DNA from: Candidatus Omnitrophota bacterium
Lineage (GTDB): Bacteria; Omnitrophota; Gorgyraeia; Gygaellales; Profunditerraquicolaceae
NCBI GenBank assembly: GCA_028717245.1
Contig: JAQUOD010000004.1
Coordinates: 537 to 64,536 of the forward strand
Direction of reading: 5' to 3'
Length of the DNA: 64,000 nucleotides
Shown: piece by piece, positions 41,030 to 50,274 of the stretch
Layout: every line of letters starts with the position of its first letter
Numbering within the stretch: position 1 is the first letter of the stretch
Made by a program: the position numbers and the translations under genes
The notes under the pieces: model-generated
What the model was told of the DNA's origin: nothing
Database searches by the model: none
The model's input: only the letters and a program-made list of their open reading frames with translations

Positions 41030-41470
41030 TTTCCATTTTACGAGGTAGCGGGTCCTCACCGAGAGCATATTTTTCGCCGCACCGTTTCACTCGCCCCAGC
41101 GTGGCTCGCTGCACTTCGGTGAAAATTCTCGCTCTGCCCGATTTCATTTTAGCCAGGCAACCATGCCCGCTCGAATTTTCAAGATGCTCACTCAAAACAT
41201 GCCTCGTCACCCGCTAAAGATAAATATGTCAATTTACAGATGAATCTGGCAGTTTTCGAGCTGGCTAAGGGTCTAGTGGGTGGCAAGGCTGTTTTCGAAC
41301 AGCATGTAGTTTATGCGAACGGCCAGGGTTCACCTTCTATTTAGATATCGGTGAGAGTGAGCAGAAACTTCAAGCGAGAAATTCCTCGGTGGGGAAAATC
41401 GAGCGGTGCTGTGAGAAAATAGCCTTGACAGGACCCACTACCTCACAAGCGAGAAAACCGACAGATTTGT
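41030..41470. repeat. Composite family B repeats (B4 plus the inverted-repeat-bounded B5, long core) immediately 3' of the helicase-nuclease gene
   Basis: B4 is tagcgggtcctcacc...cacccgctaaa. B5 is acagatgaatctggc...tttcgagc...tagtgggtgg[long core]ggacccactacc...cgacagatttg. The core is shared with 17815-17992. Confidence 0.85.
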
Positions 41471-41476
41471 TTAGCT

Positions 41477-44386
41477 CTATCTGATCATTGCGCGGGGGCA
41501 GACCTGGTTGTAAGCGCAATATGTGCAGGCCATATAGGCAGGGGTGGCGCTAAAATCCTGTTTACGTATGCCTTCGGAGACTTCCCTTATCTTTTCTATA
41601 ATCTTTTCCGGGGTTTCTTCATTTACTGCCTTAGCGCCGATAAGCCCGGATTCTAAAAAATGCAGCTCTACGCGTTTAGGCAGCTCCCCGTTTATATTTT
41701 TATAAGCAAGGGCGTACAAATCCAGCTGCAGGCTCTCTTTTGTGCGTTTATCCGCTTCAGCCTGTTTAGTAATTTCAGAGGTCTTAAAATCAATAATCAC
41801 TGCCTTACCCTCTTCCATATCCACTCTATCGAAGCGACCGGCGATCTTGTTATTCTCCAGAATAAAAGAGAAACTTTTCTCGATATAGGCAGGCTTTGAG
41901 TTTCTGGTTTTTTCAGCCTTATAAAACCTGGCCAATGCCTCTTTGCCGATACGCAGGCGCTCTTGCTGGTGTTTTTCGTCCAAAAAACCCTGCGGCTGGA
42001 AGCTATTTTTAAAAACACACAAGAGTTCATCTAATCCCATATCACGGCCGGATATTTTATACTGGAAAAAATTACAGACCGCTTCATGCATTGCCCGTCC
42101 ATAAATAACCGTATGGTGTTCCATAATGGGCACGCGCAGAATATTGACGTATTTATATTTTAAGGGGCAGGTCAGATAATCATCAACCTGATAATAGCTT
42201 AAATTTATCAGTTGATCTTGCGGGATTTTCTCTTTATGCGCCTTTTTAGATTCCTTACTGGGCGCGAAACGCTCAATAGCTTGCGCCGGATGGGTCTTTA
42301 TTTTTTCTTTCTCCAGTACTTCTTTGCCTAAAACCTCAACTACAAACTGGCTGATACGCCGGGTGCGTTCTCCGCCGTAATCCGAAGCAGAAGTAAGATA
42401 AAGGGCTTCTTTTGCCCTGGTCATGCCTACATAAAAGAGCCGGCGTTCCTCCTGTATATGAAAATCGCCCGAAGGTAATATTTCCTTTATCAGGGAATCA
42501 GGCAGCTCAATAGACTGCCTGCGCCGCGGCACCGGAAAGCGTCCGTTCACCAAGCTGACTAAAAATACTATTCTAAATTCAAGGCCCTTGGCCTTATGTA
42601 TAGTCAGCACATTGACAGCGTCGCTATCTAAGTCAGCTTCCACCGTCGGCGGGTCATCCCCGGCATCGATTAAAAGATTAAGGTAGCGGGTAAAATTAAT
42701 CACCCGGTCTTCCCGGGCGACCAGTTCAAAATCCCTGACGATATTAAAAAACCTGGCCAGGTTCTGTATTTTGGTTTCGTTTTCCAGGCTTTGCTCGCGG
42801 GTGAGTTTCTTTAAATAACCGGTTTCGGTAAGAAAGCTATACAATAGCCTTCCCGTAGTCTGGTTACGGGAGGCCTCCATAAATTTATGCAGGTCATCCA
42901 TGAGCTTCTTTATTTTTTCGCGCGAATCAGGGCTTATCTCGCTAAGCTCGGTTATATTATCTAAATCTTTGAATGCGCTATAAAGAGATTTATTCCTGCG
43001 CCTAGTATAATGCATGCATAAAGTCAAATCCGCTAAATTTAAATTATAGATTTCGCAGCTGGCCAGATAATAAAGCTGTAGGGAATCGGAGTGATTGGAA
43101 ATTACCCGCAAGAAACTAATGCAAAGTTTGACTTCCTGCCGGGAATAAAGGCCCTGGTTACCGCTGAATTGCCAGGGTATATCCTGCATATTCAGCGCCT
43201 GCAAATAGGCCTGGGCATCGGAATTAGAACGCACCAGAATCGCGAAATCTTTATATTTGTAATGGCCGGCCTTAACCTTTTCTTTAATCGTGGCGGCTAC
43301 CCAGTCCGTCTCCGAAGAATTGGTATCAAAGTGCTTATGCTGCGGGGGTTCTCCGCTTCCAATTACAGCCACAAGCTTTTTATTGATATTGGCTTTTATC
43401 TCGAATCTCTCGGGGTTGTTATTCTGGATAAGCCGGTAGGCGCTATCCAGTATCGCCTGGCCCGAACGGTAATTCTGGATAAGGCTGACCTTTTTGGCTT
43501 CGGGGAAAGTCTGCGTAAAATTCAAGACGTTGCTGTATGCCGCTCCGCGCCACCTATAAATACACTGGTCATCGTCGGCCACGACGGCAATATTTTTGTT
43601 TGCCTGCGCCAATAAATTTATGATCTGAAATTGGGCAAAGTTAGTATCCTGGAATTCATCCACCAGGATATATTTAAACTGCTGTTGATATTTATTCAGG
43701 ACCAGCGGGTGCGCCCTTAAAAGCTGTAATGCCATATAAAACTGGTTCCCAAAATCCACCAGGCCTTCCTGGCGTAAAAGCTCCTGGTACTTAGCGTAGG
43801 CATGCGCGAGTTCAATCTGCGCAAGCGCCTCCTCCTGCTTTATGGGATCAGTGGCTTTAAGTTTTGCCTTAAGCATAAGGTCTTGAGCAAAATTAAAATA
43901 TTCTTCGGGCGAAATATCTTCGTCTTTAGCGCGGTTAAATAAAGATATCAGGGCTTCAATAAAACGCGTAGGGTCTGAAAGAGGACGGTAGTAATCAAGG
44001 ATAAATTCAAAGAGGTGCTCGCGGAAAAAAACCGCTGCCTCCGGACGGGTCAGGACCTTAAAATCCGGATTAATGCCGGTAACTAACGCATTTTCTCTTA
44101 AAAGTCTGTCTCCGAAAGCGTGAAATGTCGAAATCCAGATATCCGTATAGCCATAAGGAACCAGGGTATCTACCCGCTCCAGCATCTGGCGCGCCGCCTT
44201 ATCGGTAAAGGTAAGCGCCAATATTTCATCGGTCTTGCATAGGCCTTCGGATAAGAGCCAGGCAATCCTGCGGGTAATTACCGTGGTCTTTCCCGTGCCT
44301 GCGCCGGCAATAATTAAAAGCGGCCCCTGCCGATGCGTGACCGCATCTAGCTGCTCCTTATTCAATCCTTCAAGAATACTGTTCAT
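41477..44386 (-). CDS. UvrD/PcrA-family SF1 helicase fused to a C-terminal PD-(D/E)xK (RecB/Cas4-like) nuclease with a 4-Cys cluster
   Basis: Helicase motifs GAGTGKT, DEFQDTN, DDDQCIYRWRGA, QNYRS, TIHKAKGLEF and VGMTRAKE. Nuclease motifs IDFKTS and QLDLYALAY. Cysteines C...CxxC...C (LTCP...CTYCAYNQVCP), as in AddB/Cas4 Fe-S nucleases. Confidence 0.85.
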   Translation of the reverse strand: MNSILEGLNKEQLDAVTHRQGPLLIIAGAGTGKTTVITRRIAWLLSEGLCKTDEILALTFTDKAARQMLERVDTLVPYGYTDIWISTFHAFGDRLLRENALVTGINPDFKVLTRPEAAVFFREHLFEFILDYYRPLSDPTRFIEALISLFNRAKDEDISPEEYFNFAQDLMLKAKLKATDPIKQEEALAQIELAHAYAKYQELLRQEGLVDFGNQFYMALQLLRAHPLVLNKYQQQFKYILVDEFQDTNFAQFQIINLLAQANKNIAVVADDDQCIYRWRGAAYSNVLNFTQTFPEAKKVSLIQNYRSGQAILDSAYRLIQNNNPERFEIKANINKKLVAVIGSGEPPQHKHFDTNSSETDWVAATIKEKVKAGHYKYKDFAILVRSNSDAQAYLQALNMQDIPWQFSGNQGLYSRQEVKLCISFLRVISNHSDSLQLYYLASCEIYNLNLADLTLCMHYTRRRNKSLYSAFKDLDNITELSEISPDSREKIKKLMDDLHKFMEASRNQTTGRLLYSFLTETGYLKKLTREQSLENETKIQNLARFFNIVRDFELVAREDRVINFTRYLNLLIDAGDDPPTVEADLDSDAVNVLTIHKAKGLEFRIVFLVSLVNGRFPVPRRRQSIELPDSLIKEILPSGDFHIQEERRLFYVGMTRAKEALYLTSASDYGGERTRRISQFVVEVLGKEVLEKEKIKTHPAQAIERFAPSKESKKAHKEKIPQDQLINLSYYQVDDYLTCPLKYKYVNILRVPIMEHHTVIYGRAMHEAVCNFFQYKISGRDMGLDELLCVFKNSFQPQGFLDEKHQQERLRIGKEALARFYKAEKTRNSKPAYIEKSFSFILENNKIAGRFDRVDMEEGKAVIIDFKTSEITKQAEADKRTKESLQLDLYALAYKNINGELPKRVELHFLESGLIGAKAVNEETPEKIIEKIREVSEGIRKQDFSATPAYMACTYCAYNQVCPRAMIR

Positions 44387-44394
44387 GATCGATT

Positions 44395-44772
44395 TATTTA
44401 GCGGGTCCTGTCTTGGGTTATTATTTTAGTGTTTCGCTTCCGCGTGCTGAAAATCTTTGCCGTGCACTGCGGTTTACGTCTCGCTTTCGCTCGCGACTTA
44501 CGCTGGTAAGATTAGGCTACTCAGGCTTTTAGCTCGACGTAATCCCTTGTGCACTTTTGCCAAAGATTTTCTAATGCACGCTACAGCAAAACACTAAAAT
44601 TTATTCTAACTACTTACTCACAAATGAATCTGGCGAGCCTTCGAGCTAAGGTTAGGGTCTAGCGGGTGACGCGGGGGATGCCTCGAGGAAAATTTGACGA
44701 GAGGCGCCCACGCGGTGAGGGCCCGCAAAACCCGAAATTGTTAACGAACGGAAAAAGCGACAGATTCATTGC
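44395..44772. repeat. Composite family B repeats (B6 plus the inverted-repeat-bounded B7, short core) immediately 5' of the helicase-nuclease gene
   Basis: B6 is tttagcgggtcctgtcttggg... B7 is caaatgaatctggcg...ttcgagc...tagcgggtgacgcgggggatgcctcgaggaaaatttgacgagaggcgcccacgcggtgagggcccgc...gcgacagattcattg. Confidence 0.85.
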
Positions 44773-44785
44773 TTTATTTTACCTT

Positions 44786-44813
44786 GACAACATCCTATTT
44801 TCAAGTATACTCT
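44786..44813 (+). promoter_or_regulatory. Sigma70-like promoter for rpmB (-35 TTGACA, 16 nt spacer, -10 TATACT)
   Basis: ttgacaacatcctattttcaagtatact, followed by RBS agaggtg and the ATG at 44839. Confidence 0.55.
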
Positions 44814-44838
44814 GATTTCTATAGAAGAGGTGAAAAAA

Positions 44839-45066
44839 ATGCTAAAAATCTGTGCTTTATGCGGCAAAGGGCAAATGGCAGGAAGAAGTGTTGTCCGTAA
44901 GGGCCTGGCTAAGAAAAAAGGCGGCACGGGCAAAAAAGTAACCCGCACCACTGCGCGCAGCTTCCTCCCTAACCTGCAGAAGATGCGTATTTTAATAAAT
45001 AACCGGCCCGAGAGAGCCTACGTCTGCACCAAATGCATAAAAAAAGGCCGCGTGCGAAAAGCCTAA
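44839..45066 (+). CDS. rpmB: 50S ribosomal protein L28
   Basis: MLKICALCGKG...TTARSFLPNLQKMRI... matches the L28 RRFLPNL region. The ORF track start is the upstream GTG at 44830. Confidence 0.85.
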   Translation: MLKICALCGKGQMAGRSVVRKGLAKKKGGTGKKVTRTTARSFLPNLQKMRILINNRPERAYVCTKCIKKGRVRKA

Positions 45067-46754
45067 TTAAAAAATACGTCTTCAACCTCCAGAAGGACCG
45101 TTTCCTCGCCGCGCCAATCGTCTATTTTCGGCTTATAAACTAAATCAAAAAAATGCGCTTCGGTGAAGCTCTCCTTAAAACCCGCCATACCGAACCCGAT
45201 TGCCTCAGAAGTAACCTCACCGTCGGTAACCCAGAATTTAAGCGTATCCCTGCCTAATACCTGCGGCTCGCCTTTTAGTTTAAGGTTTCTGGTATAAAAT
45301 AAAGGCTCGGGGTTACCCGCTCCGAAAGGCTCTAAAGATTCCAATTCCCTGATAATTTCTTCGTTTAGGTCCGCTAATTTTAACTCCATATCTACTTCCA
45401 AAGTAGGGAGTAGATCCTCCAGGAGCAACTTTTCTTTGGCCAGGCGATTAATCTTTTTTCTAAACTCCTCTATATTATCCCTGGCGATCATCAGCCCGAC
45501 AGCGTGGCTATGCCCGCCGAAATTCTGCAAAAATTCCCGGCACTCTAACAACGCCTCGAAGAGATGGAAATTCTTTATAGAGCGGCCGGAACCTTTGCAT
45601 AAATCTTCAGTCAGAGAGATAACAATAGTGGGCCTGTAGAACTTATCCGCCAGTTTTGAAGCCACTATCCCCAAAACGCCCTGATGCCAATTTTCTTTGG
45701 CGATAACAATAATTTTATGTTCCTTGAAATTAACCTCGCGGCCGATTAAATCCTGCGCCTCTTCCGATATCTTGCCTTCTATCTTCTGGCGCTGGCGGTT
45801 GTGTGTTTCTATAATTTTAGCCAGCTTATCCGCCTCTTCCTGTTTTACGCTCATCAATAAATCCAGGGCAGTCTCGGCGGTATCCATACGGCCGCTGGCA
45901 TTAATCCGCGGCCCGAGTATATATCCTACAAACCTGGAAGTAATCTTTTTGCCTTTTATGCCGCTAATTTCTGTTAAGGCCTTCAGGCCCGGGCGTTTTG
46001 TCCGGCCGAGCCTTGCTAAACCCTCTTTTACCATAATGCGGTTTTCGCCCGTTAAAGGAGCGACATCGGCAATTGTGCCTAAACAGACTAAATCCAGTTC
46101 CTCCGGTAATGTTTTAGCGGTAAGCGCCTGGCAAAGCTTATAAGCCACGCCTACACCGGCTAAATCCCTGTATTTATACCCGGCATTTTTAATTTTAGGG
46201 TTTATCAGCGCGCATCCGTCCGGCAGGGCCCCTGCCTTATCCGGCTCATGATGGTCGGTAACTATGACATTTATTCCGTAATGCTGCAGTTCTTTTATCT
46301 GCTCATGGTTATTCGTTCCGCAATCCACGGTAATTAAAAGCTTCACCCTTTTTTCTTTGGCACAATGCAGGATATTTTTATTCAGGCCATAGCCTTCTTT
46401 TATCCTATGGGGTATATAGTGAGAGGCGTTTATCCCCATTTCAGAAAGCGTCCCTTTTAATAAGGTAATAGCGGTTAAGCCATCCACGTCGTAATCGCCA
46501 AAAACCATTATCTTCTGCCTGTCCTTAGCCGTATCCTTGATAAGCCTAACGGCACGGCGCATATCCGAAAAAGAATAGGGGTCTAAAAGATATTCTAAGC
46601 CTGCGCCTAAAAATTTTCCCGCTTCTTCTTTGGTATTGATGCCGCGGTTTATTAATAGCTGGGAGAGGATTTTGGAGATGCCGAGTTCTTTACTGAATAT
46701 GCCCTGAAGGCGGGTATCGGCCGGGGCGACCTTGAGTATCTTATGGTTTTGCAC
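45063..46754 (-). CDS. recJ: Single-stranded-DNA-specific exonuclease RecJ
   Basis: DHH motifs (VFGDYDVDGLT, TDHHEP) and DHHA1 region; 563 aa. Confidence 0.9.
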   Translation of the reverse strand: MQNHKILKVAPADTRLQGIFSKELGISKILSQLLINRGINTKEEAGKFLGAGLEYLLDPYSFSDMRRAVRLIKDTAKDRQKIMVFGDYDVDGLTAITLLKGTLSEMGINASHYIPHRIKEGYGLNKNILHCAKEKRVKLLITVDCGTNNHEQIKELQHYGINVIVTDHHEPDKAGALPDGCALINPKIKNAGYKYRDLAGVGVAYKLCQALTAKTLPEELDLVCLGTIADVAPLTGENRIMVKEGLARLGRTKRPGLKALTEISGIKGKKITSRFVGYILGPRINASGRMDTAETALDLLMSVKQEEADKLAKIIETHNRQRQKIEGKISEEAQDLIGREVNFKEHKIIVIAKENWHQGVLGIVASKLADKFYRPTIVISLTEDLCKGSGRSIKNFHLFEALLECREFLQNFGGHSHAVGLMIARDNIEEFRKKINRLAKEKLLLEDLLPTLEVDMELKLADLNEEIIRELESLEPFGAGNPEPLFYTRNLKLKGEPQVLGRDTLKFWVTDGEVTSEAIGFGMAGFKESFTEAHFFDLVYKPKIDDWRGEETVLLEVEDVFFN

Positions 46755-46761
46755 TTTTAAA

Positions 46762-48402
46762 TTACATCTTGGCGGGCCGTGAAACGCCCAGCAACTCTAA
46801 CCCTAAAGCCAAAATAATCCTGGTTGCCTGAATCAGGGCTATCCTTGCCTTGGTCAATTTTTCATCCTGGCCCAAAACGCGGTGCTTATCGTAGAATTTA
46901 TGAAAATCCTCGGAGAGCTCCTGCAGATATACGGTCAGCATATAAGGGTCCAAGGTCGTATAGCAGATATTTAAAATAGAGGAGAATTGCCAGAGTTTCT
47001 TTATCAGGCCCATCTCTTCTACTTCTTTAAGCAGGGTCAAATCCAAATTACCGGGTTTTATCTTTAAGAAGCTGCCCTCTAAAATGCTGCAGATCCTGGC
47101 ATGGGCATACTGTACATAATAAACCGGATTTTCCTGTGTTTGTTTTTTGGCAACGGCTAAATCAAAATCCAGATGGCTTGAGGTGCGGCGCATCAGAAAA
47201 AAGAACCGGGAGGCATCCAGGCCTACCTCATCCAGGACTTCCCTAAGCGTTATATACTGGCCCCTGCGCGTAGACATCTGGACGGGTTTACCCTCCCTGA
47301 ATATGGAAGCTAACTGCACTATAATGACCGAGAGAGAAGCCGGGTCCTTACCCAGCGCCTCAACCGCTGCCTTCAATCTATTTATGTAACCGTGATGGTC
47401 AGGCCCCCAGAGGTTTATCAACCAGCTAAACCCGCGCTTGAATTTATCCTGATGATACGCGATATCCGGAGCCAGATACGTATAACTTGTGTCGCTCTTT
47501 ACCACTACCCTGTCCTTATCATCCTTAAAAAGGGTGGATTTAAACCAGAGCGCGCCATCCTGTTCATAGATAAAATTTTTTTTCTTTAAAAACCCCAGCG
47601 CTTTTTTTATCTTGCCGCTCTCCCTAAGCTTCTTTTGGCTATACCAATAATCAAACTTAACCCCGAAATCTGCGAGCTCTTTTTTTATGATACCTAATAT
47701 ATATTTTACGCCGTATTCGCTTAAATTTTGCACTTTTCGTTTTGCGCTTTGCACTTCCTTCGCTATATCGTAAATATATTCTCCCTGATAATGGTCTTCA
47801 GGAAATACTATCTGCTCTGCGGATAATTCCTTGAGCCTTAATTCTATAGACTCACCCAATATATTAATCTGGTTGCCTTCGTCATTAAGGTAATACTCCC
47901 TTTTTACCCTGAATCCTAAAAAGTCCAGGATATTAGCTAAGGCATCCCCTACTGCCGCCTGCCTGGCATGGGCAACCGATAAGGGGCCGGTGGGGTTAGC
48001 GCTGACAAACTCAATAAGCACGCGCCTGCCTTTTCCTAAATTCGCCCTTACGGAATTTTTATCTTTTAGGATTAAGTTACGCAGCTGTTGATAAAAATAA
48101 TTCGCGCTGAGATAGAAATTGATAAACCCGGCTCCCTCGATCTTAATCTCCCGGATGTCATCTCTTACGGGGCTCTTTTCTAAATGCCTCTTTATATTGG
48201 CTACCAAGGCCGTAGCCACCTCAAGAGGGGATTTACCCGTCAGTTTACTTAACCTCAGGGCAATATTAGTAGAGAGGTCGCCAAAGCGGATATCCTGGGG
48301 GAAGTCTAAATAAAAAGGTTCCTCATAGGGCCTGCCGGCAAGTAAGTCCTTCAGTGAATTTTTTATTAGGGGTATGAGAAAATCCTTGATATCCTTTTTC
48401 AT
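46762..48402 (-). CDS. argS: Arginine--tRNA ligase
   Basis: Class I aaRS HIGH-like (ANPTGPLSVAHAR), anticodon-binding DALR domain, 546 aa. Confidence 0.92.
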   Translation of the reverse strand: MKKDIKDFLIPLIKNSLKDLLAGRPYEEPFYLDFPQDIRFGDLSTNIALRLSKLTGKSPLEVATALVANIKRHLEKSPVRDDIREIKIEGAGFINFYLSANYFYQQLRNLILKDKNSVRANLGKGRRVLIEFVSANPTGPLSVAHARQAAVGDALANILDFLGFRVKREYYLNDEGNQINILGESIELRLKELSAEQIVFPEDHYQGEYIYDIAKEVQSAKRKVQNLSEYGVKYILGIIKKELADFGVKFDYWYSQKKLRESGKIKKALGFLKKKNFIYEQDGALWFKSTLFKDDKDRVVVKSDTSYTYLAPDIAYHQDKFKRGFSWLINLWGPDHHGYINRLKAAVEALGKDPASLSVIIVQLASIFREGKPVQMSTRRGQYITLREVLDEVGLDASRFFFLMRRTSSHLDFDLAVAKKQTQENPVYYVQYAHARICSILEGSFLKIKPGNLDLTLLKEVEEMGLIKKLWQFSSILNICYTTLDPYMLTVYLQELSEDFHKFYDKHRVLGQDEKLTKARIALIQATRIILALGLELLGVSRPAKM

Positions 48403-48479
48403 CTTATTTTTTATCGGCGAGCATTAAATTGCGAAAGGAAAAGAGGAAAGAAATTATTGCCGCACTTGAGGTGGAAAAA

Positions 48480-48761
48480 TTATTTTTCCCGTGCCCTGGG
48501 GATCCTTACCCTCTTGGCGTCTGACCAGAGGCGCTCTAAAGAATAAAACTCTCTCATCGGTTTATAAAAAATATGCGCCACAACAGAGGAATAATCCAGG
48601 ACTACCCATCCTGATTCATCGTTAGGGCAAACCTTAGAGAGAGATTTTATCCTGCATCCGGCTAAATCTTCTTCTATAGCTTGGGCAATGGCGTTAGCCT
48701 GCCTTAAGGACGTGGCGCTTAGGATGATGAAATAATCGCAGAAACTACAGACCTTGCGCAT
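48480..48761 (-). CDS. rsfS: Ribosomal silencing factor RsfS (Iojap). The annotated AUG start is probably too short
   Basis: DYFIILSATSLRQANAIAQAI matches RsfS. About 27 conserved upstream codons (…EPKNIALRIAAVAKSKKAQRPLILD) are in frame with no canonical start between them and the stop at 48867-48869. Confidence 0.72.
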   Translation of the reverse strand: MRKVCSFCDYFIILSATSLRQANAIAQAIEEDLAGCRIKSLSKVCPNDESGWVVLDYSSVVAHIFYKPMREFYSLERLWSDAKRVRIPRAREK

Positions 48762-48871
48762 GTCCAGAATAAGCGGCCTTTGCGCTTTTTTAGATTTAGC
48801 GACCGCCGCAATACGCAGTGCTATATTTTTCGGCTCTGTTAGTACCTTACCACCCCTTAGAATATCTTAAA

Positions 48872-49021
48872 TTATTTTTTTCCTAAAATCTTGTACATGC
48901 CTGTGTTGCAATCCGGGCACTTGCCTTTTGCTGCCGCGCGGCCGTTCTTCATAGTGACCTTCTGCTCATCCTTCATTTCTTTCATTTTTTTGCATTTTAC
49001 GCAATATCCCTTTTCTGCCAT
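48872..49021 (-). CDS. Small Cys-rich zinc-ribbon protein (49 aa; not in the ORF track)
   Basis: MAEKGYCVKCKKMKEMKDEQKVTMKNGRAAAKGKCPDCNTGMYKILGKK has two CxxC pairs. Its stop abuts the rsfS coding start region. Confidence 0.45.
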   Translation of the reverse strand: MAEKGYCVKCKKMKEMKDEQKVTMKNGRAAAKGKCPDCNTGMYKILGKK

Positions 49022-49039
49022 TTCCCTTCCTCCTTTTTA

Positions 49040-49215
49040 AATGAGCACATAATTTATGACGTATTAATTTTCTTTATCCCCGGCATAAATTATTTGTGCG
49101 AATTTAACCCGCCAAAAAACTTTGGCGGGTAAGTTCAAACTTATAAGTTATGTCGGATACATCCAAAATTATATACTCCATAACTTATGTTTTCACTTAT
49201 ATTATCACGCGTTCG
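49040..49215 (+). repeat. Family A structured repeat (copy 3, plus-strand orientation, not at a start codon)
   Basis: aatgagcacataatttatg...cataaattatttgtgcgaattta, hairpin cccgccaaaaaactttggcggg, taagttc ... ttttcacttat. Same module order as copies 1 and 2. Confidence 0.75.
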
Positions 49216-49237
49216 CTGATGTGTCAATTAATTCTTG

Positions 49238-50254
49238 CTATGGAGAATGTTTGTGCCGCTCCTCCCCTACCTCTCCGACAATCTCTTCGGTCAAATCTTC
49301 CAGCGTCACGATGCCAGAGGCCTTCTTATGCTCATCAACTACAATAGCAATCTGAATTTTTTCCGTCTGAAATTTCTTCAGGACCTCGCTCACGCGCATA
49401 GTAGCGGGCACATAACATACGCTGTGCAGAAGATCCTCTAGAACAAATAATTTCTTATCCCTGAGTATATAAAGCAGGTCACGGGCGTAGATTATGCCGA
49501 TGATATTATCAATAGAGCCCTCATATACCGGAAGGCGCGCGTGCCCTTCTTCGGCAAAAATATTTAGCAAGTTCTCTGCGCTGGACTTGGAATCTACCGC
49601 AATAATTTTATCTTTTGTAATCATCACCTCCCCGACTTTTATATCCCCGAATTCAAAAATACGGTGCAGCATATTCCTCTCTTCATCACTTAAGACCCCC
49701 TCTTCCTTGCCGATTTCTATCATCAGGCGCAATTCTCCTTCGGTTATCAGAGGCGACCTTTTGGTGGGTTGTATCCGCAAAATCTTAAGCATACGATTAC
49801 TTATTCCTATAAATACGTGGGTAACCGGCCCGGCTATGCTGATTAATGCTTCCATAAGCGGGGCGCTAAAGAGGGCGACCTTTTCCGTGTGTTTCGTCGC
49901 TAAAATCTTGGGGGTTATTTCGCAAAAGATGAGTATAAAAAACGACGTAATCAGAGTAGCGATAATTACTCCCCATCTATAACCTAATACTTGAACCACT
50001 ATTGCCGTGATTATGGCTGATATAGCTACGTTGACAAAATTATTCCCGATTAAAAGAGTAGCGATAAACTTATCCAGTTTTGTCACCAAACGGTGGACAT
50101 TCTGTGCTCGTTTAATACCCTTGGTGAGCATATGGCGCAGGCGTAACTTGCTTAAGCCGATGATTGCGGTTTCAGAAGCAGAGAAAAAAAACGAGAGTAA
50201 CGCCAGAATGAATAAGGATATTAATATTACGGGTAGCGAAAGTGTATTATGCAT
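49238..50254 (-). CDS. CNNM/CorC/HlyC-family transporter (DUF21 TM domain, CBS pair, CorC_HlyC)
   Basis: N-terminal DUF21 membrane domain (SASETAIIGLS), tandem CBS and C-terminal transporter-associated domain. Confidence 0.85.
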   Translation of the reverse strand: MHNTLSLPVILISLFILALLSFFFSASETAIIGLSKLRLRHMLTKGIKRAQNVHRLVTKLDKFIATLLIGNNFVNVAISAIITAIVVQVLGYRWGVIIATLITSFFILIFCEITPKILATKHTEKVALFSAPLMEALISIAGPVTHVFIGISNRMLKILRIQPTKRSPLITEGELRLMIEIGKEEGVLSDEERNMLHRIFEFGDIKVGEVMITKDKIIAVDSKSSAENLLNIFAEEGHARLPVYEGSIDNIIGIIYARDLLYILRDKKLFVLEDLLHSVCYVPATMRVSEVLKKFQTEKIQIAIVVDEHKKASGIVTLEDLTEEIVGEVGEERHKHSP

Positions 50255-50274
50255 TTTTTAAATACGGCTTTAGT

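Noticed and set aside
41017-41217. ORFs 41017..41217 (+) and 41025..41210 (-) inside repeat block B4
   Set aside because: They lie entirely within a repetitive, palindrome-rich element on both strands, with no RBS. Treated as non-coding repeat sequence.
44235-44429. ORF 44235..44429 (+) at the helicase start / repeat B6 junction
   Set aside because: It is antisense to the helicase N-terminus (GAGTGKTT Walker A is on the minus strand) and runs into the repeat.
49122-49441. Plus-strand ORFs 49122..49355, 49150..49347 and 49235..49441
   Set aside because: They overlap family A copy 3 and are antisense to the 3' end of the CorC-family gene. No support.
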